This document shows positions 6,186 through 15,329 of a stretch of 15,329 nt of DNA, in pieces. Origin of the DNA: a virus (Duplodnaviria; Heunggongvirae; Uroviricota; Caudoviricetes). Both the position numbers and the translations under genes were made by a program. Each line of letters starts with the position of its first letter. Positions within the stretch are counted from its first letter, which is position 1. Under the pieces are notes generated by a model. The model did no database searches. It worked only from the letters and a program-made list of their open reading frames with translations, and was not told the DNA's origin. The DNA lies in the IMG/VR virus record IMGVR_UViG_2531839583_000004, positions 1 to 15,329 of that record; one strand, 5' to 3'.

Positions 6186-6206
6186 CACGGGGCGGAAGGC
6201 GCGCGG
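6186..6206. other. cosN (cohesive-end site), variant 12-nt core GGGCGGAAGGCG
   Basis: Flanking sequence ...CACG|GGGCGG......|CGCGGGTTTTCGCTATTTATGAAAATTTTCCGG matches the lambda left end as recalled. The 12-nt core differs from lambda GGGCGGCGACCT at positions 7-10 and 12. Confidence 0.6.
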
Positions 6207-6239
6207 GTTTTCGCTATTTATGAAAATTTTCCGGGGAAA

Positions 6240-6356
6240 ATCATGTCGGTACTTCTCGAACATAACTATTTGTTTTTTCTAATATCGAATCCGTAAAAGG
6301 TCCGACATGAAAACGCCTAAAAAAGTCATTTTCGGGCACTTTCATGTCGGACCCTG
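6240..6356. promoter_or_regulatory. cosB-like region: three CATGTCGG(A/T)C repeats (R3, inverted R2, R1) around an AT-rich putative IHF-bending segment
   Basis: CATGTCGGTAC at 6242-6252 (+), TCCGACATGAAA at 6301-6312 (inverted), TTTCATGTCGGACC at 6341-6354 (+); AT-rich spacer 6254-6298. Arrangement parallels lambda R3-I1-R2-R1 but with a different repeat sequence. Confidence 0.55.
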
Positions 6357-6377
6357 TGTTTGTTGTGAGACTGTTTC

Positions 6378-6897
6378 ATGAAGGTTAATAAAAAGAAACT
6401 TGCCGAAATTTTCAACGTGGATCCGCGAACGATTGAACGCTGGCAGTCTCAGGGACTCCCTTGCGTCTCCGGAGGTGGTAAGGGCGTTGAATCTGTATTT
6501 GATACCTCCATGGCAATTCAGTGGTATGCGCAGAGGGAGGCTGATATCGAAAATGAAAAACTCCGTAAAGAGGTTGAGGATTACAGGGCTGCCAGTGAGG
6601 CAGATCTCCAGCCTGGGACTATTGAGTACGAACGCCATCGACTTACGCGTGCGCAGGCCGACGCACAGGAGCTGAAGAATGCCAGAGACTCCGCAGAAGT
6701 GGTGGAAACCGCATTCTGTACTTTCGTGCTGTCACGGATCGCAGGTGAAATTGCCAGTATTCTTGACGGGATCCCTCTCTCGGTACAGCGGCGTTTTCCG
6801 GAACTGGAAAACCGACATGTTGATTTCCTGAAACGGGATATCATCAAAGCCATGAACAAAGCAGCCGCGCTGGATGAACTGATACCGGGGTTGCTGA

Positions 6898-6923
<26 letters not shown>
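6378..6923 (+). CDS. nu1: terminase small subunit Nu1
   Basis: 181 aa. C-terminal two thirds essentially identical to lambda Nu1 as recalled; N-terminal winged-HTH region homologous but diverged. Located just downstream of cos. Confidence 0.95.
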
Positions 6924-10604
<3,681 letters not shown>

Positions 10605-10624
<20 letters not shown>

Positions 10625-11924
10625 TCTCCCGCATATTGCCAGCATGGCCTTTAATGAGCCGCTGATGCTTGAACCCGCCTATGCGCGGGTTTTCTTTTGT
10701 GCGCTTGCAGGCCAGCTTGGGATCAGCCGCCTGACGGATGCGGTGTCCGGCGACAGCCTGACTGCCCAGGAGGCACTCGTGACGCTGGCATTATCCGGTG
10801 ATGATGACGGACCACGACAGGCCCGCAGTTATCAGGTCATGAACGGCATCGCCGTGCTGCCGGTGTCCGGCACGCTGGTCAGCCGGACGCGGGCGCTGCA
10901 GCCGTACTCGGGGATGACCGGTTACAACGGCATTATCGCCCGTCTGCAACAGGCTGCCAGCGACCCGATGGTGGACGGCATTCTGCTCGATATGGACACG
11001 CCAGGCGGAATGGTGGCGGGGGCATTTGACTGCGCTGACATCATCGCCCGTGTGCGTGACATAAAACCGGTATGGGCGCTGGCCAACGACATGAACTGCA
11101 GTGCAGGTCAGCTGCTTGCCAGTGCCGCCTCCCGGCGTCTGGTCACGCAGACCGCCCGGACAGGCTCCATCGGCGTCATGATGGCTCACAGTAATTACGG
11201 TGCTGCCCTGGAGAAACAGGGTGTGGAAATCACGCTGATTTACAGCGGCAGCCATAAGGGGGATGGCAATCCCTACAGCCATCTTCCGGATGACGTCCGG
11301 GAGACACTGCAGTCCCGGATGGACGCAACCCGCCAGATGTTTGCGCAGAAGGGGTCGGCATATACCGGCCTGTCTGTGCAGGCTGTGCTGGATACCGAGG
11401 CTGCAGTGTACAGCGGTCAGGAGGCCATTGATGCCGGACTGGCTGATGAACTTGTTAACAGCACCGATGCGATCACCGTCATGCGTGATGCACTGGATGC
11501 GCGTAAATCCCGTCTCTCAGGAGGGCGAATGACCAAAGAGACTCAATCAACAACTGTTTCAGCCACTGCTTCGCAGACTGACGTTACTGACGTGGTGCCA
11601 GCGACGGAGGGCGAAAACGCCAGCGCGGCGCAGCCGGACGTGAACGCGCAGATCACCGCTGCGGTTGCGGCAGAAAACAGCCGCATTATGGGGATCCTCA
11701 ACTGTGAGGAGGCTCACGGACGCGAAGAACAGGCCCGCGTGCTGGCAGAAACCCCCGGTATGACCGTGGAAACGGCCCGCCGCATTCTGGCAGCTGCACC
11801 ACAGAGTGCACAGGCGCGCAGTGACACTGCGCTGGATCGTCTGATGCAGGGGGCACCGGCACCGCTGGCTGCAGGTAACCCGGCATCTGATGCCGTTAAC
11901 GATTTGCTGAACACACCAGTGTAA
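10605..11924 (+). CDS. C: capsid assembly protease / minor capsid protein C
   Basis: GTG start at 10605 overlapping the B 3' end by 20 nt; 439 codons; translation VTAELRNLPHIASMAFNEPLMLEP... matches lambda gpC. The track ORF start at 10458 lies inside B and is rejected. Confidence 0.93.
11319..11924 (+). CDS. nu3: scaffolding protein Nu3 (in-frame internal start within C)
   Basis: In-frame ATG at 11319 giving MDATRQMFAQKGSAYTGL..., co-terminal with C as in lambda. Confidence 0.8.
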   Translation: MDATRQMFAQKGSAYTGLSVQAVLDTEAAVYSGQEAIDAGLADELVNSTDAITVMRDALDARKSRLSGGRMTKETQSTTVSATASQTDVTDVVPATEGENASAAQPDVNAQITAAVAAENSRIMGILNCEEAHGREEQARVLAETPGMTVETARRILAAAPQSAQARSDTALDRLMQGAPAPLAAGNPASDAVNDLLNTPV

Positions 11925-11933
11925 GGGATGTTT

Positions 11934-12266
11934 ATGACGAGCAAAGAAACCTTTACCCATTACCAGCCGCTGGGCAACAGTGACCCGGCACATACGGCAA
12001 CCGCGCCCGGCGGATTGAGTGCGAAAGCGCCTGCAATGACCCCGCTGATGCTGGACCCCTCCACCCGTAAGCTGGTTGTGTGGGATGGCACCACCGACGG
12101 TGCTGCCGTTGGCATTCTGGCGGTTGCTGCTGACCAGACCAGCACCACGCTGACGTTCTACAAGTCCGGCACGTTCCGTTATGAGGATGTGCTCTGGCCG
12201 GAGGCTGCCAGCGACGAGACGAAAAAACGGACCGCGTTTGCCGGAACGGCAATCAGCATCGTTTAA
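11934..12266 (+). CDS. D: head decoration protein D
   Basis: 110 aa, [27 protein letters not shown]... matches lambda gpD; Shine-Dalgarno AAGGGA upstream of ATG 11934. Confidence 0.95.
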   Translation: MTSKETFTHYQPLGNSDPAHTATAPGGLSAKAPAMTPLMLDPSTRKLVVWDGTTDGAAVGILAVAADQTSTTLTFYKSGTFRYEDVLWPEAASDETKKRTAFAGTAISIV

Positions 12267-12286
12267 CCTTACCCTTCATCACTAAA

Positions 12287-12308
12287 GGCCGCCTGTGCGG
12301 CTTTTTTT
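12287..12308 (+). terminator. intergenic hairpin plus T-run between D and E (terminator/attenuator-like)
   Basis: Stem GCCGC (12288-12292) / GCGGC (12297-12301), loop CTGT, then TTTTTTT (12302-12308). Confidence 0.45.
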
Positions 12309-12321
12309 ACGGGATTTTTTT

Positions 12322-13347
12322 ATGTCGATGTACACAACCGCCCAGCTGCTGGCGGCAAATGAGAAGAAATTTAAGTTTGATCCGCTGTTTCTGCGTCTCT
12401 TTTTCCGTGAGAGCTATCCCTTCACCACGGAGAAAGTCTATCTCTCACAAATTCCGGGACTGGTAAACATGGCGCTGTACGTTTCGCCGATTGTTTCCGG
12501 TGAGGTTATCCGCTCCCGTGGCGGCTCCACCTCTGAATTTACACCGGGATATGTCAAGCCGAAGCATGAGGTGAATCCGCAGATGACCCTGCGTCGCCTG
12601 CCGGATGAAGATCCACAGAATCTGGCGGACCCGGCTTACCGCCGCCGTCGCATCATTCTGCAGAACATGCGAGACGAAGAGCTGGCCATTGCTCAGGTCG
12701 AAGAGATGCAGGCCGTTTCTGCCGTGCTTAAGGGCAAATATACCATGACCGGTGAAGCCTTCGATCCGGTTGAAGTGGATATGGGCCGCAGTGTGGCGAA
12801 CAACATCACGCAGTCCGGCGGTACGGAGTGGAGCAAGCGTGACAAGTCCACGTATGACCCGACCGACGATATCGAAGCCTACGCGCTGAACGCCAGCGGT
12901 GTGGTGAATATCATCGTGTTTGATCCGAAAGGCTGGGCGCTGTTCCGTTCCTTCAAAGCCGTCAGGGAGAAGCTGGATGCCCGTCGCGGCTCTCATTCCG
13001 AGCTGGAGACAGCGGTAAAAGATCTGGGCGAAGCGGTGTCCTATAAGGGGATGTATGGCGATACGGCGATCGTCGTGTATTCCGGACAGTACGTGGAAAA
13101 CGACGTCAAAAAGAACTTCCTGCCGGACAACACGATGGTGCTGGGGAACACTCAGGCACGCGGTCTGCGCACCTATGGCTGCATTCAGGATGCGGACGCA
13201 CAGCGCGAAGGTATTAACGCCTCTGCCCGCTACCCGAAAAACTGGGTGACCACCGGCGATCCGGCGCGTGAGTTCACCATGATTCAGTCAGCACCGCTGA
13301 TGCTGCTGGCTGACCCTGATGCGTTCGTGTCCGTACAACTGGCGTAA
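12322..13347 (+). CDS. E: major capsid protein E
   Basis: 341 aa, MSMYTTAQLLAANEKKFKFDPLFLRLFF... matches lambda gpE. ATG 12322 is preferred over the track start 12295, which lies inside the hairpin. Confidence 0.97.
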   Translation: MSMYTTAQLLAANEKKFKFDPLFLRLFFRESYPFTTEKVYLSQIPGLVNMALYVSPIVSGEVIRSRGGSTSEFTPGYVKPKHEVNPQMTLRRLPDEDPQNLADPAYRRRRIILQNMRDEELAIAQVEEMQAVSAVLKGKYTMTGEAFDPVEVDMGRSVANNITQSGGTEWSKRDKSTYDPTDDIEAYALNASGVVNIIVFDPKGWALFRSFKAVREKLDARRGSHSELETAVKDLGEAVSYKGMYGDTAIVVYSGQYVENDVKKNFLPDNTMVLGNTQARGLRTYGCIQDADAQREGINASARYPKNWVTTGDPAREFTMIQSAPLMLLADPDAFVSVQLA

Positions 13348-13388
13348 TCATGGCCCTTCGGGGCCATTTTCTCTCTGTGGAGGAGTCC

Positions 13389-13784
13389 ATGACGAAAGAT
13401 GAACTGATTGCCCGTCTTCAGGTGCTGGGTGAGCAACTGAACCGTGATGTCAGCCTGACGGGGACGAAAGAAGAACTGGCACTCCGTGTGGCAGAGCTGG
13501 AAGAGGAGCTTGATGACACGGATGACGCTGCTGGTCAGGACACATCTGTCAGCCCGGAAAATGCGCTGACCGGACATGAAAATGAGGTTGTATCAGCGCA
13601 GCCGGATACCGTGACTGATACGGCTGATCTGGTCACGGTTGTGGCACTGGTGACGCTGCATACTGATGCACTTCACGCCACGCGGGATGAGGCTGTGGCA
13701 TTTGTGCTGCCGGGAACGGCGTTCCGTGTCTCTGCCGGTGTGGCAGCTGAAATGACAGAGCGCGGCCTGGCCAGAATGCAATAA
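13389..13784 (+). CDS. FI: DNA packaging / head completion protein FI
   Basis: 131 aa, MTKDELIARLQVLGEQLNRDVSLTGTKEELALRVAELEEEL... matches lambda gpFI; Shine-Dalgarno GGAGGAG upstream. Confidence 0.9.
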   Translation: MTKDELIARLQVLGEQLNRDVSLTGTKEELALRVAELEEELDDTDDAAGQDTSVSPENALTGHENEVVSAQPDTVTDTADLVTVVALVTLHTDALHATRDEAVAFVLPGTAFRVSAGVAAEMTERGLARMQ

Positions 13785-13795
13785 CGGGAGGCGCT

Positions 13796-14149
13796 GTGGC
13801 TGATTTCGATAACCTGTTCGATGCTGCCATTGCCCGCGCCGATGAAACGATACGCGGGTACATGGGAACGTCAGCCACCATGACATCCGGTGAGCAGTCC
13901 GGTGCTGTGATACGTGGTGTTTTTGATGATCCTGAAAATATCAGCTATGCCGGACAGGGCGTGCGCGTTGAAGGCTCCAGCCCGTCCCTGTTTGTCCGGA
14001 CTGATGATGTGCGGCAGCTGCGGCGTGGAGACACGCTGACCATCGGTGAGGAAAACTTCTGGGTAGATCGGGTTACGCCGGATGATGGCGGAAGCTGTCA
14101 TCTCTGGCTTGGGCGGGGGGTACCGCCTGCCGTTAACCGTCGCCGCTGA
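13796..14149 (+). CDS. FII: head-tail connector protein FII
   Basis: GTG start at 13796; 117 aa; ADFDNLFDAAIARADETIRGYMGT... matches lambda gpFII. Confidence 0.9.
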   Translation: MADFDNLFDAAIARADETIRGYMGTSATMTSGEQSGAVIRGVFDDPENISYAGQGVRVEGSSPSLFVRTDDVRQLRRGDTLTIGEENFWVDRVTPDDGGSCHLWLGRGVPPAVNRRR

Positions 14150-14160
14150 AAGGGGGATGT

Positions 14161-14739
14161 ATGGCCATAAAAGGTCTTGAGCAGGCCGTTGAAAACCTCA
14201 GCCGTATCAGCAAAACGGCGGTGCCTGGTGCCGCCGCAATGGCCATTAACCGCGTTGCTTCATCCGCGATATCGCAGTCGGCGTCACAGGTTGCCCGTGA
14301 GACAAAGGTACGCCGGAAACTGGTAAAGGAAAGGGCCAGGCTGAAAAGGGCCACGGTCAAAAATCCGCAGGCCAGAATCAAAGTTAACCGGGGGGATTTG
14401 CCCGTAATCAGGCTGGGTAACGCGCGGGTTGTCCTGTCCCGACGCAGGCGTCGTAAAAAGGGGCAGCGTTCAGCCCTGAAAGGTGGCGGCAGCGTGCTTG
14501 TGGTGGGAAACCGTCGTATTCCCGGCGCGTTTATTCAGCAACTGAAAAATGGCCGCTGGCATGTCATGCAGCGTGTGGCCGGGAAAAACCGTTACCCCAT
14601 TGATGTGGTGAAAATCCCGATGGCGGTGCCGCTGACCACGGCGTTTAAACAGAATATTGAACGGATACGGCGTGAACGTCTTCCGAAAGAGCTGGGCTAT
14701 GCGCTGCAGCATCAACTGAGAATGGTAATAAAGCGATGA
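14161..14739 (+). CDS. Z: tail completion protein Z
   Basis: 192 aa, MAIKGLEQAVENLSRISKTAVPGAAAMAINRV... matches lambda gpZ; Shine-Dalgarno AGGGGGA upstream. Confidence 0.95.
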   Translation: MAIKGLEQAVENLSRISKTAVPGAAAMAINRVASSAISQSASQVARETKVRRKLVKERARLKRATVKNPQARIKVNRGDLPVIRLGNARVVLSRRRRRKKGQRSALKGGGSVLVVGNRRIPGAFIQQLKNGRWHVMQRVAGKNRYPIDVVKIPMAVPLTTAFKQNIERIRRERLPKELGYALQHQLRMVIKR

Positions 14740-15131
14740 AACATACTGAACTCCGTGCAGCCGTACTGGATGCACTGGAGAAGCATGACACCGGGGCGAC
14801 GCTTTTTGATGGTCGCCCCGCTGTTTTTGATGAGGCGGATTTTCCGGCAGTTGCCGTTTATCTCACCGGCGCTGAATACACGGGCGAAGAGCTGGACAGC
14901 GATACCTGGCAGGCGGAGCTGCATATCGAAGTTTTCCTGCCTGCTCAGGTGCCGGATTCAGAGCTGGATGCGTGGATGGAGTCCCGGATTTATCCGGTGA
15001 TGAGCGATATCCCGGCACTGTCAGATTTGATCACCAGTATGGTGGCCAGCGGCTATGACTACCGGCGCGACGATGATGCGGGCCTGTGGAGTTCAGCCGA
15101 TCTGACTTATGTCATTACCTATGAAATGTGA
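14736..15131 (+). CDS. U: tail tube terminator protein U
   Basis: 131 aa, MKHTELRAAVLDALEKHDTGATLFDGRPAVFDEADF... matches lambda gpU; ATGA overlap with the Z stop. Confidence 0.95.
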   Translation: MKHTELRAAVLDALEKHDTGATLFDGRPAVFDEADFPAVAVYLTGAEYTGEELDSDTWQAELHIEVFLPAQVPDSELDAWMESRIYPVMSDIPALSDLITSMVASGYDYRRDDDAGLWSSADLTYVITYEM

Positions 15132-15138
15132 GGACGCT

Positions 15139-15159
15139 ATGCCTGTACGGAAACATTGA
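15139..15159 (+). pseudogene. V: vestigial start of major tail gene V (ATGCCTGTAC) followed by an in-frame stop after 6 codons
   Basis: Sequence AGGACGCTATGCCTGTAC matches the lambda U-V junction and V start as recalled, then diverges; frame reads M-P-V-R-K-H-stop. Confidence 0.4.
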
Positions 15160-15329
15160 CTTTATCGAGATCTCGGCGCGCGGTCTGCCTTCTTCGCTTA
15201 CTGCTGATAATGTATCTCGTTACCTGAGTATACGCCGTTTAGGGCCAACCGGGCTAATCAATAGCATGCAAATGCGTTACGGCCTGGTTAAAGATGATGG
15301 CTTTATTGAGGTTTGGGCCTTCCAGCGTG

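Noticed and set aside
10791-11282. 163-aa minus-strand ORF inside C/Nu3
   Set aside because: Antisense to a conserved protease/scaffold gene; shadow ORF.
12445-12996. 183-aa minus-strand ORF inside major capsid gene E
   Set aside because: Antisense to gene E, which matches lambda gpE; shadow ORF.

Overview
Lambdoid (lambda-like) phage or prophage late region from an enterobacterial host, read entirely on the + strand. Order: end of the nin region (5'-truncated DUF968/HNH-like ORF, RusA resolvase, Q-like putative antiterminator); a late-control region with a strong intrinsic terminator; a small ORF and an orphan beta-class DNA amino-methyltransferase; two tRNAs (CAU and Arg-UCU) with a decayed tRNA-like element between them; a short GC-rich pair of small ORFs; a lysis cassette (two membrane proteins, an M15 peptidase endolysin, a small lipoprotein); an AT-rich two-gene moron with its own terminator; a cos site; and lambda-type head genes Nu1, A, W, B, C/Nu3, D, E, FI, FII, Z, U. 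The head proteins match phage lambda almost residue for residue as I recall them; no database search was possible, so all homology calls rest on recalled sequence and motifs. The layout resembles Shiga-toxin phage late regions (Q, methylase, ileZ/arg tRNAs, cargo, lysis), but no stx genes are present. The most interesting points are the cargo locus downstream of the tRNAs, the AT-rich moron, the atypical lysis cassette, a divergent cos/Nu1 specificity module, and an apparent disruption right after the start codon of tail gene V at the window's 3' edge.
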